Source of the DNA: an uncultured Gammaproteobacteria bacterium
GTDB lineage: Bacteria > Patescibacteriota > Patescibacteriia > Patescibacteriales > GWC2-42-12
Assembly: GCA_964537265.1 (NCBI GenBank)
Contig: CAZHZE010000002.1
Coordinates: forward strand, 100,861-164,860
Reading direction: 5' to 3'
Length of the DNA stretch: 64,000 nt
Each line of letters begins with the position of its first letter. The stretch's first letter is position 1. Below the pieces are notes generated by a model. It saw only the letters and a list, made by a program, of their open reading frames with translations, did no database searches and was not told where the DNA came from. This document shows positions 17,401 to 27,232 of the stretch, in pieces. The position numbers and the translations under genes were made by a program.

Positions 17401-18403
17401 CACTAAAATAAACGGTCCTTCCTGCAAGCATGGAATGTGGTATTGCGGTAAAGTCACCTTTGATGCAAAAGATGTGTTAACTAGCGTTTATGTTCATGGC
17501 GGGGATAATAGCAATGCTAACCGGTGCTCCGATCAAATAGAAAATGATATTATTATAAATACAAATTCAAAATTTAACTTGAGTTATGGTTCGCAATTAG
17601 TTCAAACAGTTTCATCTGTCGGGCAGAATAAGTATTGGAGTTCTCGGGTATATAAAGGAAGTGATTATGTTGTTCCAAATTTTGGTTATACTTATACTAC
17701 GGACTTAGAACCTTTTGGCAGCGCTAGCGTTCCAAATCCGAGCAATAATCCGTCTGAATGGCCTTTACTTCAATTTTATATGCCGGAAGATAGTGATGTC
17801 CGGGCTGGCAGTCCTCATACTTTAGACACGGTAAAGCGGCTTTTTGCTCAAAGTTATGGCGCTTGGGAGTGGTCATCGGCAACAAATAAATATGAGCGAT
17901 TACCTAGTATAGAATGGAGTACGCCGACGGCATCGTGCCCCGGTAATGTTCGCCCGGCTTACCCTAATGATTATTGCGCTATTCTACCCTATATTTCTCA
18001 TGTTAAAGTTAATTCAGTAGAATCTGGCGCGGTTACTTTAATTAAAAACGGTTTTGTCAATTTAACTTTTAATAGTAAAGCAGATTCTAATCAGCTTCCT
18101 TTAGTTGGTTACACTATTGATTGGGGCGACGGAGAAAAAACAGCCGTTACCGGCGTAGAAATGCGCGATCGTCCAAATCCTGATTCTCCTCATTCTATGT
18201 ATCATTTATATAGTTATTGGGATTTAAAATCTAAAGCTAATAGAGGCTTGTTATCTAACGGACAATGTTTTGATACTTATTGCAGAATTAAACCAAGAGT
18301 TCAAATTAGAGATAATTGGGGGTGGTATAATAACGGTTCGCAAGTTAATACGCCTGGCGCATGGGATAATTTTTCCGATTGGATTATTGTTAACGAAAAA
18401 TAA
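11486..18403 (+). CDS. Giant Cys-rich exported protein (2305 aa) with carbohydrate-binding-like and PKD-like domains
   Basis: N-terminal signal/TM, recurring CxxxxxGC motifs, NGDFQ/NGSFE...FYFDDI CBM-like segments, C-terminal YTIDWGDG. The start may be slightly downstream. Confidence 0.85.
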   Translation: MKNCQKIKKQKNKKIFDKNLYKFLILIILIIGYLFFTQNIVFAAGGVADLNSFSTQGNASAIADAIKTSAPGTESAVDKGTKTTWWDDLKQLNYDKLIDRLAESTAIAYKAMLKNFLNTLAYDTATYLATGDKGQQPMFITEGWGEYLKNTADNAAGTFIETLGKKDGIAEFNLCTPDPKVLLKINLGLKKEVRPSAPECKFSKLVSNWDQALKDKDFLTKFQDMFNPWSNDLGIALTLQTGMTQSINIDVDNALNERLQTEGYKNLTDPITGKIKTPAVLIKEYGTDTLRKSSEDYFTYTGNAVADAIDVFVNTLLGKLVDQWMKKGIVTDFASKATSGLTDSNAQNEGGGISEAEDRFKKLVEASFKVRGDYDILNELTMCPDPSKAGPTDCVIDQKFREAIEKKLTVKQAIEQGYLNGNGIFGFTSDGLEPNYKEGYPYRSMTILRKFRILPVGWEVAAEKIKDQQQIVKGTKNLKYLVDCFEGGEDWCRGLIDPNWVLKAPQNYCAKEGAGPEVLSQEVYGEGSNSYLVVSRNESYCADEQSCVKEKSDGSCQVYGYCTEEKRTWDFNAKSCEPRENTCQTFKLGDQTISYLQNTLDYSVCNAGNAGCKKYAVSGLYDIDTQSVNWNEANNPLYFNKNAETCQEEDEGCHAFIRLDPGQDESYIDIREAGISTAYSRFSSTGTIYEKLLPNYLESVCYGIDGKLKSTAPEKCLDFVRKCRVEEAGCELYTNSLDGSEIPAKVYPNDYCPSECVGYDTYIQKETAFDLSREAYFIPRTARKCTAEAVGCSQFTNLDEVARGGEGIEYYSVLRQCLKKTGNEGSCAEFYSWEGSDESGYQLKVETLKANNSEPAVTSSDSALCNETIYNLLPSNPAYNPDCRQFYNREGFLSYHLYNYTISCSDDCHPYRKTISETEAAESCKGGTWNNADRSCIYMAIPGQGVRCTAAQNGCREYTGNTGNNVRNIFVDDFTGGTTANWVGVNGSTVEPSSESINLDANNKGSSLYVKGGQFSASRTVGTSVSRGKSYVLSFVAKAAANTVLNLSFVNSNNERANFAQVSLTIDWQIFQTNLADLDHEVSLDEILLLAAGNNFYIDNITLTEVVDRYYLIKDSWVTPASCDEDQAGAPHALYMLGCGRYTDRDNKTHYLKSFTELCSESAVGCEMMIDTKNSTDIDDDDFAYVVYDKDKLCNAQDKGCQLLGKAYEYEDITLYIDAYLKNDPDKYNTISCVADAVGCEAFTYDGGEKYFKDPGDQVCEWRKQSDSVNYSWYKKKVKRCGGDGGEICFKDADCAAGKTCKMETKDNDCQTSGIKTLGFGGIGNKVEQPTFDNYGYSWAGICSAANSGCTEYIDPVSKFNTNLIFNGDFQDLDGNGTYNDGWGGGLSQDIVLEANTVYRISGPLTLNCQSGGFYTINSNNNFTGLVAPASISTSAIFYNNNNIAVNCKASVPAADPSKPVALRKIIVDYQLKQNVNFTSCNGIVDFDDGCVLFNQRSYDGAYLAKLTFNADATTNGGTPEKSGTLNANTIIKVSPDRVCDKWLSCRSYIKDEKNNNVCFDVGLCDAVDANGNCSNFIQSVKSNQAISSSADANKISNLSGYAKVGIANGSLKSDYYPLGAMVQEGELINLANGSFEYYGSNFYPIGWNWSGLNTQWDANFFSIVNNPVSAQTESIGYAPDGNSFLKLGSSYSAISEETDVMPNTKYIITAYVNTKNLKSGTAKIDILDNSESVINNSGSETISQSLGMDWQFQVGTFTTDANDSRIKIKLYSASAGSVASQGNFYFDDIKIRPALNSRKISYTSSTEWYTTQSCRLYPKNDSLSCDYYEDSGIRQKGWYGYCLEYDRAPGNPNNCILWYPVDKVKGDGIEEGAGYTGRFPLYYTIAGVSVANNAKAHFSVKCSGVTKNLNSDFGLPFSSLIPLNYAVNQYNKNTIDNITIDALVLNVANNWQACTQKCFSTWTPEPYVDVDTKINGPSCKHGMWYCGKVTFDAKDVLTSVYVHGGDNSNANRCSDQIENDIIINTNSKFNLSYGSQLVQTVSSVGQNKYWSSRVYKGSDYVVPNFGYTYTTDLEPFGSASVPNPSNNPSEWPLLQFYMPEDSDVRAGSPHTLDTVKRLFAQSYGAWEWSSATNKYERLPSIEWSTPTASCPGNVRPAYPNDYCAILPYISHVKVNSVESGAVTLIKNGFVNLTFNSKADSNQLPLVGYTIDWGDGEKTAVTGVEMRDRPNPDSPHSMYHLYSYWDLKSKANRGLLSNGQCFDTYCRIKPRVQIRDNWGWYNNGSQVNTPGAWDNFSDWIIVNEK

Positions 18404-18427
18404 AAAAATTGTTATTTAATAAATGTT

Positions 18428-19012
18428 ATGGCTAGCATAGATGAACAATTATTAAACGAAAATCAGCAAAGACAAGCAGAGCAAGAATTAAAAAGTCAAA
18501 AAAGAGGAGTTAATAATGAAGCCGAAGATGCAAGCGGATCCGGATCGCTTAGAGAAAGAACTATGCAGGCGCGGCAAGCGTTAAATATAAAAGAAAAAGC
18601 TAAAGAAAAATTGAAAGAAAAGGTGGCGGCGCCGGCGAAAATGGCAACAGGTCGAGCTTTGCAATGGGCCTGGACGACATTAATACCGAGCTTTGGTTTA
18701 AGTTTAATTTATATAAACATGCACGTGTTTTTACGATGGGTTTTTCCTGATGCTTTTTGCAAATTGGGCGAAGAATGGATCCCTAAAACCGTAGCTCCAG
18801 AAAGTAGTAAAAATATAGGCGGTACTGCTTTTGGGATAGTTGAGGTTATGGGGTTGTTACTTTTGGATTTAATATTATTATTTTTTGTTTTAATTATAGT
18901 TAGTTTTATAGTCATGATTATGGGTTGGGTAAAGAATCCTTTAAAAGCAATAGCTGATTTAGGTTGGGGCGCAATCTCATTTTTAAAGCTTTTATTTAGT
19001 AGTTTATTATAA
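18428..19012 (+). CDS. Membrane protein of T4SS-like locus
   Basis: Coiled-coil N-terminus with C-terminal TM segments; tightly linked to flanking genes. Confidence 0.75.
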   Translation: MASIDEQLLNENQQRQAEQELKSQKRGVNNEAEDASGSGSLRERTMQARQALNIKEKAKEKLKEKVAAPAKMATGRALQWAWTTLIPSFGLSLIYINMHVFLRWVFPDAFCKLGEEWIPKTVAPESSKNIGGTAFGIVEVMGLLLLDLILLFFVLIIVSFIVMIMGWVKNPLKAIADLGWGAISFLKLLFSSLL

Positions 19013-19014
19013 AA

Positions 19015-21624
19015 ATGAAAGATTTATTTAAGAAAAAATTAATAAAAAATAGTATAAATAAAAAATTTATATTATTAAATACTATAATATTTAGTTTAGT
19101 ATTATTTTTTATTATTGTTTCACCGGCAAAAGCTGATCTCGGTGCAGATGTTGCTAAGGTTGTCGGCTGGATAATTTATCCAATTATAGCTTTTGTCGGC
19201 TGGTTGGCTAGTTTTATAATAGGCACTTTAGTAGAAGTGGCTGGGTTTAGTAAAATAATTGATGCCGATCCAGTAGTAAAAGGCTGGGTGATTGTTAGAG
19301 ATTTATGTAACATGTTTTTTATTTTGATTTTACTAGTTATTGCTTTTGCTACGATTTTAAGGATAGAAAGCTATAATTATAAGAAATTGTTGCCTAAATT
19401 ATTAATAATGGCGGTTTTAATAAATTTCTCTCGAACGATTTGCGGTTTAATAATAGATTTTGCTCAAGTTATAATGCTTACTTTTGTTAATGGGTTTGGC
19501 GCTGGAGCTAATAATTTTGTTAATACCTTAAAAATAAAGGAGTTTTTAGCTTTTAATACTGGTGAAAAGACCCCCCAGGAAGTAACTGGCACATCAATGT
19601 TAGCTTCAATAATAGCCGCTTTAGTTTTTTCTATAATAGTTTTAATAACAGTTATGGTTTTATTGGCAGTACTAGTTATGAGAATTATTATGCTTTGGAT
19701 TTATGTTATTTTATCACCAATCGCTTTTTTGGCCGCGGCTTTTCCGGCCGGGCAAAAATATTCAAGTCAGTGGTGGGGTGAATTTTCTAAACATGTAATA
19801 GTTGGGCCGGTTCTAGCTTTTTTTATTTGGCTGGCTTTATCTACAGCAAAGGGAGCGGGAACTTTAATATCACCAGCCAGTGATTGTAATAGCGCTTTAT
19901 TAATTAGCTTAATGTGTAGCAATACTTTTTCAACCTTTATTATTTCTATTGGTATGTTGATTGGCGGTTTGATGGTTACTCAGCAAATGGGCGGCATGGC
20001 CGCGAGTATTGCGGGTAAAGGAATGGCAGCGGTGCAAAAGGGCGGGGCGTTAATGGCTAAAGGAGGAGTCAAATTGGCTACGGGCGATAATTTTGTTGCT
20101 CGTAAATTTGCCAAAGTTACTGGGTTTGATTGGCGCCCTATAAAATTAGCTGAGTCTTGGAAGGCTAGCCGTGAAACAAATAAAAGAAAAGATGAGACAG
20201 CAATAAGAGAAAAGTCAAAAAAGAATTATGAGGCGGGGGGGTTACGGTCAGTTTTTGCTGGTGCAGGCGTGGGCGAGGATTATTTTAATAGATATACCGA
20301 GGGATTTTTGGGTTATAAGGGTATAGGGCGCGCCGCGAAAGAGATAGCTTATAACCCCTTTAAAAGAAAAAGTTTAGGTAAAGATATTGATGATATTGAA
20401 ACAAAAATTAAAGCAGGAGAAGAACAACTAGTGGGAGTAGGGCCGACCATAGCATATAGAGAGCAAGAAAAATTAAATAGAGATCTAGAATTAAATAATA
20501 TCCGAGAAAAAGAAACGAAGGTTAACGAAAGGTTGGAAGAGTTAGATAATAAGAAAAATTTAACTTCTGATGAAAAAAAGGAGAGACAAATTTTAGAAAA
20601 ACAATCGAAAGATTTATCAAAGCAGTATAATGATAGAACAGATAAAATAAAACAAGAAGCTAGAGAAGAGTTTTTTGCGACATCTGAGGGTAAAAAAATA
20701 GCCGATGTCGAAGCTAATATCAAAATAGATAGAGAAAATTTGCAAAAAGTCAAAGATCAAATAATGAAAGTACAAGCTCCAATGGCTTTTGAGGCGCGTT
20801 CTTTATATCGTAAGGATATAGATGAAGCCAAGAGTAAATATAAGAGTATCACTAACCCAGAGGAGCTTAAAAAAGCTTATGTTGACGCTCAACAAAGAGG
20901 TGATAAGTTTGATCAGATTGCCATTTTAGAAAAATTAACAAATGACGCCAATTTAAATGAAGAATTAAGGGCTAAAGGTTATTCCAGTAGCGCTAAAGGA
21001 TTACATGCTTATGTTTTTAATGATGAAAATGATTTTGGTGAGCATAAAGGCCTAAAAGGTAATTTTTCAGACAAAGAAAGATTGCAAATACAGAATGATT
21101 TAGGTGAAGCGGCGGAAAGAGTTGGTCATTGGGATATGGCTAAAATGGTCGGTATAAATTCTAAGGGAGAAATGAAAAGTTTGGTCAATAAAATATATAA
21201 TTCAGATGGAACTGTAAAAAGAGATGCTCGAGGACGTATACAATATGATGATATGGATCATGCCACAGCTGCTTATGCAGAAGTTATTAAAATGGATCCG
21301 CAGAAAATTGTTAATAGCATGAATCGTTTAGCTATGGGCGGCGAAGATGGGAGTGGTAATTTTCAGATTGCTAGCTTAGGCAAAATGTTATATAAATATT
21401 TAGCCTCGTCCGGGGCTTATGAAAAGAATACTGGAAGAATTTTGGGTAATACCGCTGCCAACCTTACTTCCCCTAATATTATACCGATTTTAGAAAAGTT
21501 AATGGAGAATGATATAGAAAAATCTAATAAAACTATTGCTTTATTAAAAGAGCGCGGTTTAACTAAAGATTCGAGCGTTAAGCCAAGCGAAATGGCGGCT
21601 TGGCTTAGAAAAAGCGGAGCATAG
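19015..21624 (+). CDS. VirB6/TrbL-like polytopic membrane protein with coiled-coil C-terminus
   Basis: GWVIVRDLCNMFFI, AVLINFS, RIIMLWIYVILSPIAFL, WWGEF; multiple TM helices. Confidence 0.75.
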   Translation: MKDLFKKKLIKNSINKKFILLNTIIFSLVLFFIIVSPAKADLGADVAKVVGWIIYPIIAFVGWLASFIIGTLVEVAGFSKIIDADPVVKGWVIVRDLCNMFFILILLVIAFATILRIESYNYKKLLPKLLIMAVLINFSRTICGLIIDFAQVIMLTFVNGFGAGANNFVNTLKIKEFLAFNTGEKTPQEVTGTSMLASIIAALVFSIIVLITVMVLLAVLVMRIIMLWIYVILSPIAFLAAAFPAGQKYSSQWWGEFSKHVIVGPVLAFFIWLALSTAKGAGTLISPASDCNSALLISLMCSNTFSTFIISIGMLIGGLMVTQQMGGMAASIAGKGMAAVQKGGALMAKGGVKLATGDNFVARKFAKVTGFDWRPIKLAESWKASRETNKRKDETAIREKSKKNYEAGGLRSVFAGAGVGEDYFNRYTEGFLGYKGIGRAAKEIAYNPFKRKSLGKDIDDIETKIKAGEEQLVGVGPTIAYREQEKLNRDLELNNIREKETKVNERLEELDNKKNLTSDEKKERQILEKQSKDLSKQYNDRTDKIKQEAREEFFATSEGKKIADVEANIKIDRENLQKVKDQIMKVQAPMAFEARSLYRKDIDEAKSKYKSITNPEELKKAYVDAQQRGDKFDQIAILEKLTNDANLNEELRAKGYSSSAKGLHAYVFNDENDFGEHKGLKGNFSDKERLQIQNDLGEAAERVGHWDMAKMVGINSKGEMKSLVNKIYNSDGTVKRDARGRIQYDDMDHATAAYAEVIKMDPQKIVNSMNRLAMGGEDGSGNFQIASLGKMLYKYLASSGAYEKNTGRILGNTAANLTSPNIIPILEKLMENDIEKSNKTIALLKERGLTKDSSVKPSEMAAWLRKSGA

Positions 21625-21671
21625 ATTAAAAATATTTATAATATTAAACTATATTGAATCATTATATTTTT

Positions 21672-22559
21672 ATGAGTCAACAAGTTTTGGAAAAATTAAA
21701 TAATCAGGAAATGATTGAAAAGTTTAATAAAACTATTAGTAATATTATTATTGCCGATTCGATCAGCGAAGCTAAGGAATTAATAGTAGTTTTATTGGAT
21801 ATTTTTTTGCATAATCCTGAGTTTAATAAAATTAATTTTTCTTTATATAAAATTTATTATTATTATTTAGTAGCGATGAAATATGTCGCCATCGTTGACC
21901 TTGAACAAAAAGAAATTATTGAACTTATTAGGGATAACTTTGGTTTTGTTTTAGATTGTCCAGAGTATGATTTAGATCGTAAAATTAATTATAAAATAAG
22001 AACTATAATTGGTTTAGAAAAACGAGATATTTTTAAAAAAGAAGTTCGCCAAGCGCTGTTAGAATGCAATGCTCTACTAGGTAAAAACAAAATATTAATT
22101 AATGGGCAAGAGCAAGCACCTACGGTAGCTAATTGGCTAAAAGATTTTTATATAAAATTTGGTATGGAAAAAGTAGACTCTTTAAAAATAAACGAGTATT
22201 TAGTTAATAGCAATAATATTAAATTTTTATCATCAGAGGAAAAAATGAAATTAAAAAAATTATTAGGTTTTTTTGAAAATATGAAAGTTTCGTCTGTTCT
22301 ATATCCAATGTTTGAAGAGAGTTTTGTCGCTGTTTTACCGAACGGAAAAGTTAGTTTAATGTCTTTTGAAAAAATGGAAGTGATTCCGCCCAATATATTA
22401 AAGCTTTATGAAGAAATTAAAAATATAACTAATTTGGAAAAACAAAATTTTAATGATAGAAATAATATAGATGAATTAAAAAAAATGGTTGCTAATTATT
22501 CTGTTGGCTCTTTCGAGCGTAAAGCGATCGAGGAGGAAATAAAAAAACTGGAATCATAA
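21672..22559 (+). CDS. Hypothetical protein
   Basis: ORF 21654..22559; first ATG at 21672. Confidence 0.7.
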   Translation: MSQQVLEKLNNQEMIEKFNKTISNIIIADSISEAKELIVVLLDIFLHNPEFNKINFSLYKIYYYYLVAMKYVAIVDLEQKEIIELIRDNFGFVLDCPEYDLDRKINYKIRTIIGLEKRDIFKKEVRQALLECNALLGKNKILINGQEQAPTVANWLKDFYIKFGMEKVDSLKINEYLVNSNNIKFLSSEEKMKLKKLLGFFENMKVSSVLYPMFEESFVAVLPNGKVSLMSFEKMEVIPPNILKLYEEIKNITNLEKQNFNDRNNIDELKKMVANYSVGSFERKAIEEEIKKLES

Positions 22560-22579
22560 AATAAAAACACAAAATTAAT

Positions 22580-23071
22580 ATGTCCGATTTAATACCAGTA
22601 GAAAAAATAGAAAATAAAATACTATTAATGCGTGGTATAAAAGTTATGCTGGATAGAGATTTAGCTAAGTTATATGGGGTAGAAACAGGTGCTTTGATTC
22701 AGGCTGTAAAGAGAAATAAAAGAAGATTTCCAGGTGATTTTATGTTTCAGCTGATAAAAATGGAAGCTGAATCCTTGGTATCACAAAATGTGATACCATC
22801 AAAAAGAAGTTTCGGTGGACGTATGCCCTATGTTTTTACTGAGCAAGGCGTGGCTATGCTATCTAGTGTATTAAAAAGTGAACGGGCGATTGAAATGAAT
22901 ATTATAATTATGAGAGCGTTCGTTAAAATAAGAAATTTAATTTATTCTTATAAAGATTTGGCGGAAAAAGTAGAAAAAATGGATAAAAAAATCGGTAAAA
23001 TTTTTGAGATATTGGGGCAACTAACATGTCCGGAAAATAATAAAAAAGAGGAAATAGGGTTTAAAGGATAA
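22580..23071 (+). CDS. ORF6N-domain DNA-binding protein
   Basis: RGIKVMLDRDLAKLYGVET, AVKRNKRRFPGDFMFQL, PYVFTEQGVAMLSSVL. Confidence 0.92.
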   Translation: MSDLIPVEKIENKILLMRGIKVMLDRDLAKLYGVETGALIQAVKRNKRRFPGDFMFQLIKMEAESLVSQNVIPSKRSFGGRMPYVFTEQGVAMLSSVLKSERAIEMNIIIMRAFVKIRNLIYSYKDLAEKVEKMDKKIGKIFEILGQLTCPENNKKEEIGFKG

Positions 23072-23085
23072 TTTATAAAGTGTGT

Positions 23086-23121
23086 GAGATTGCCACGCTC
23101 CCGTTGGTCGCTCGCAATGAC
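23086..23121. repeat. REP/RPE-like element GAGATTGCCACG...CGCAATGAC
   Basis: gagattgccacgctcccgttggtcgctcgcaatgac. Confidence 0.6.
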
Positions 23122-23128
23122 AAGTTGT

Positions 23129-24060
23129 ATGAATAATAAAAAAATATTATAGTTTGCGGCGCCTTAGCTTATGATAGAATAATGGATTTTCCGGGCAGAT
23201 TTTCCGAGCATATTTTAGCTGAAAAAACGCATATTTTAAATTTATCTTTTACGGTTAAAGGCATTAAAGAAAGTTTTGGCGGCACAGGCGGAAATATCGC
23301 TTATAATTTATCAATGCTCGGGGAGAAGCCAAAATTAATCGCCGTGGTCGGGAAAGATTTTAGTAAATATAAAAATTGGTTGCTTAAAAATAAAATAGAT
23401 ATTAGCGGAGTAAAAATTGTAAAAAATGAATTAACGGCTAATGCCCATATATTAACTGATAAAGACGATAACCAAATCACAACGTTTTATGCTGGTAGTA
23501 AAATTTCGCTTGCTAATATCGTAAAAAATGAAAAAGCGAAATTAGCCATTATCGCCCCAGATATAGTTGCCAGAATGGTAGAATATGCTAAAATATTCAG
23601 ACAAAACAATATACCATATATTTTTGATCCTGGTCAGCAGACCGCCTATTATAGCGTTAAAGAATTAAAAGATTCTATAAAAGGCGCTAAAATGTTGATT
23701 GGCAATGATTATGAAATTCAATTAATTTTAGATAAGTTAAAAATAAAATTAAAACAGCTAATAAAAGTGGCAGAAATTTTAGTAATTACTAAAGGTGGCA
23801 AATGCTCGGAAATATATAATAAAAATAAAAAAATTATTGTACCTACGGCTAAAAAGAAAGTTAGTATTGATACGACTGGTGCCGGCGATGCTTACCGCGC
23901 CGGCTTTATTAAAGGAATGATAATGGATTGGTCGCTAGTAAAATGCGCGCAATTAGCTAGCGTAGTAGCGGCTTATGTAGTAGAAAGCCAGGGAACGCAG
24001 AATCATAAGTTTACTTTAAAAGAAATAAAAAAAAGATATAAAATAAATTATAAAGAATAA
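23129..24060 (+). CDS. PfkB-family kinase, likely adenosine kinase; ATG out of frame across an A7 tract
   Basis: [25 protein letters not shown]. The conserved N-terminal [15 protein letters not shown] is in frame from 23146 but follows a TAA; the ATG at 23129 needs one more A in the 23138-23144 run. Confidence 0.85.
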
Positions 24061-24061
24061 T

Positions 24062-25318
24062 ATGCAACACGATGTTAAAGATTTAAAATTAAGTATGGGA
24101 GGCAAGAAAAGAATTGAATGGGCAGCGAAAGACATGCCTGTTTTAAATTTGGTTAAAATTAGGTGGACGAAAGAAAAGCCGCTTAAGGGCGTTAAACTCT
24201 CGGCTTGCTTACATGTTACGGCTGAAACTGCTAATTTAGTTCGAACATTAAAAGCCGGCGGAGCGGAAGTTTTACTTTGCGCTTCTAATCCCTTATCAAC
24301 TCAAGATGATGTGGCCGCATCGCTGGTTAAAGATTATGGCATTAAAGTTTTTGCTATTCACGGCGAAGATAAAAATACATATTATTCGCATTTAGCCGCG
24401 GCTTTAAATTTTAAACCTAATATTACCATGGACGATGGCGCTGATTTATTAACCTTGCTCCATACTGAATATAAAAAGCAAGCTAAAAGCATCTGGGGTA
24501 GCATGGAAGAAACTACAACCGGAGTTATTAGGCTTAAAGCTTTAGAGATGTCCGGTAAATTAGAAGTGCCAATTATGGCCGTTAACGACGCTAAAACCAA
24601 AAATATGTTTGATAATCGTTATGGCACCGGTCAGTCTACAATTGATGGCATTATTCGCGCCACGGATATTTTAATTGCGGGAAAAAACGTAGTAGTGGCT
24701 GGTTATGGCTGGTGCGGCCGTGGTTTTGCTAATCGAGCGCGCGGTATGGGAGCCAAAGTTATTGTTACCGAAGTTGATAAAATAAAAGCTTTAGAAGCGG
24801 CCATGGACGGCTTTGAAGTTATGCCCATGAAACAAGCGGCCAAAATTGGAGATTTATTTTGCACTTTAACCGGTGATATTAATGTTATTCGGGGCGAACA
24901 TTTTAAATTAATGAAGCATGGAGCGATAGTTTGCAATTCGGGGCATTTTGACGTGGAAATTAATGTTAAAGAGCTTAAAAAAATATCTACTAAAATAAAT
25001 AAAAATATTAGAAATAATGTTGATGAATATATTTTAAAAGGCAAGTCAATTTATTTATTGGGCGAAGGCAGGCTAATTAATTTAGCCGCCGCCGAAGGCC
25101 ATCCGGCTAGCGTGATGGATATGAGTTTTTCTACCCAAGCTTTAGCTACTGAACATGTGGTTAAGAATTACAAAAAATTAGAAAAGAAAGTTTATAATGT
25201 GCCGGAAAAGATAGAACAATGGATAGCTGATTTAAAGCTAAAAGCCATGAGAGTAGCAGTGGACAAACTCACTAAAGAGCAGGAGAAATATTTAAAAAGT
25301 TGGCAGACAGGAACATAA
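24062..25318 (+). CDS. ahcY: Adenosylhomocysteinase
   Basis: [50 protein letters not shown]. Confidence 0.97.
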   Translation: MQHDVKDLKLSMGGKKRIEWAAKDMPVLNLVKIRWTKEKPLKGVKLSACLHVTAETANLVRTLKAGGAEVLLCASNPLSTQDDVAASLVKDYGIKVFAIHGEDKNTYYSHLAAALNFKPNITMDDGADLLTLLHTEYKKQAKSIWGSMEETTTGVIRLKALEMSGKLEVPIMAVNDAKTKNMFDNRYGTGQSTIDGIIRATDILIAGKNVVVAGYGWCGRGFANRARGMGAKVIVTEVDKIKALEAAMDGFEVMPMKQAAKIGDLFCTLTGDINVIRGEHFKLMKHGAIVCNSGHFDVEINVKELKKISTKINKNIRNNVDEYILKGKSIYLLGEGRLINLAAAEGHPASVMDMSFSTQALATEHVVKNYKKLEKKVYNVPEKIEQWIADLKLKAMRVAVDKLTKEQEKYLKSWQTGT

Positions 25319-25390
25319 GACAAAATTTTAATTAAATGCTTTTATATTTAGATATTAAAAATTAAAAAATTATTAATAATTAAAATATTT

Positions 25391-26560
25391 ATGAAAGAAA
25401 AAAATATAAGATTAATAACTTCGGAATCAGTCACCGAAGGCCATCCAGATAAAGTTTGCGATCAAATCAGCGATGGCATTTATGATGAAATGTTAAAATA
25501 CGATCCTACTAGCCGTAGTGCCGTAGAAACTTTTTGCACTACCGGTTTAGTCGTTGTCGGCGGGGAAGTAACGACTAATGCTTATGTGAATGTTGATAAA
25601 GTCGTTAGAGAAGTTTTAAAAGATATCGGTTACGATAAGCAAGAGTATGGTTTTTGCTGCGATGATGTAGGTGTTTTAGTTTCTATACATGAGCAAAGCC
25701 CAGACATCGCCCAAGGAGTTGATGAAGGCAAAGGCGAACATAAAGAGCAGGGAGCCGGCGATCAAGGCTTAATGCTCGGCTATGCTACCAATGAAACTCC
25801 GGAATATATGCCTTTACCAATAGTATTAGCCCATAAGTTAACTAAAAAATTGGCTGAGGTAAGAAAGAAAAATATTTTGCCTTATTTAAGGCCAGACGGC
25901 AAAAGCCAGGTGACTATTGAATATCATGATGATAAAGCCGTTCGCGCCGAAACAGTAGTAATTGCCGCGCATCATAGTGATAAAGTAAGTTTAAAAAAAT
26001 TAAGAAATGATATTAAGAAAAAAGTAATACAGCCAGTTGTTGGTAAACTATTAGACAGCAAAACAAAATATTTTATTAATGCTACCGGTAAATTTATTTT
26101 TGGCGGCCCGCCGGCTGATACCGGGCTTACGGGCAGAAAAATTATTGTTGATACTTATGGCGGAGTGGTGCCGCACGGCGGAGGGGCTTTTTCCGGAAAA
26201 GATTTAACTAAAGTTGATCGTTCCGGCGCTTATATGGCTAGGTATGCGGCTAAAAATGTGGTGGCGGCTAAATTAGCTGATAAATGTTTGTTGCAAGTCG
26301 CTTACGCTATCGGCGTGGCTGAACCGGTCGGTATTTATATTGATACTTTTGGCACCAATAAAATTTCCGAAAAAAGAATTTTAGAGTTAATAAAAAAACA
26401 TTTTGATTTTCGCCCGAAAAATATTATTAAACATTTAAATTTAAGAAGGCCTATTTACAGAAAAACTGCGGCTTACGGACATTTTGGCAGATCTGATAAA
26501 GATTTTACTTGGGAGGCAATTGATAAAGCTAAAATTTTAAGAAAAGAAGCTAAAATATAA
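25391..26560 (+). CDS. metK: S-adenosylmethionine synthetase
   Basis: [35 protein letters not shown]. Confidence 0.98.
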   Translation: MKEKNIRLITSESVTEGHPDKVCDQISDGIYDEMLKYDPTSRSAVETFCTTGLVVVGGEVTTNAYVNVDKVVREVLKDIGYDKQEYGFCCDDVGVLVSIHEQSPDIAQGVDEGKGEHKEQGAGDQGLMLGYATNETPEYMPLPIVLAHKLTKKLAEVRKKNILPYLRPDGKSQVTIEYHDDKAVRAETVVIAAHHSDKVSLKKLRNDIKKKVIQPVVGKLLDSKTKYFINATGKFIFGGPPADTGLTGRKIIVDTYGGVVPHGGGAFSGKDLTKVDRSGAYMARYAAKNVVAAKLADKCLLQVAYAIGVAEPVGIYIDTFGTNKISEKRILELIKKHFDFRPKNIIKHLNLRRPIYRKTAAYGHFGRSDKDFTWEAIDKAKILRKEAKI

Positions 26561-26563
26561 TTT

Positions 26564-27154
26564 ATGTTTTCCGGTATTGTAGAAAAAATGGGTGAACTAA
26601 AAAAAATCGAACATAAGCAAGGAAAAATTTATTTTACTATTGAAGCCGGCGGGTTATTGCGTGGAGTAAAAATAGGTAATAGCATTTCTTGCGACGGAGT
26701 TTGCTTAACGGTTATAAAAAATGTAGGAGGTAAATTTGCCGTGGAGTTAATGCCAGAAACTTTAAGGCTGACAAAATTTAGCCAATCAAAAGTTGGCGAT
26801 TTAATCAATCTGGAAAAATCTTTAAAAGTTGGAGATACGATTGGCGGACATTTTGTTATGGGTCATGTTGATGCAGTTGGTATTATCGCTAAAGTTGTTA
26901 AGCAAGGCGCAGACGCTAGTTTAACAATAAAGGTGCCGAAAAAAATTATAAAATATTTAGCCTACAAAGGCTCAGCATCAATTAACGGTGTTAGCCTTAC
27001 TATTGCTGATGTTAATAAAGATTGTTTTAAAGTTTGTTTGATCGGACATACTTTAAAAATTACTAATCTCGGTCGATTGCGAGTCGGCGATAAAGTTAAT
27101 ATAGAAGTTGATACGATCGCCAGATATCTTGAAACTTTAATGAAAAAATTTTAA
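26564..27154 (+). CDS. ribE: Riboflavin synthase (alpha type)
   Basis: MFSGIVE, DGVCLTV, GGHFVMGHVD, NGVSLT, VNIEVD. Confidence 0.95.
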   Translation: MFSGIVEKMGELKKIEHKQGKIYFTIEAGGLLRGVKIGNSISCDGVCLTVIKNVGGKFAVELMPETLRLTKFSQSKVGDLINLEKSLKVGDTIGGHFVMGHVDAVGIIAKVVKQGADASLTIKVPKKIIKYLAYKGSASINGVSLTIADVNKDCFKVCLIGHTLKITNLGRLRVGDKVNIEVDTIARYLETLMKKF

Positions 27155-27171
27155 AAACTTTTTTAAAATTC

Positions 27172-27232
27172 ACCCCGTTAAATTTTTTTATAGGGGCGTA
27201 ATTGTAAATTTCATGAAAGTATTTAACGGGGT
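27172..27232. repeat. Palindromic element copy 3, spanning the ribH start codon
   Basis: accccgttaaat ... atttaacggggt; ATG 27213 lies inside and gives MKVFNGVK. Confidence 0.8.
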
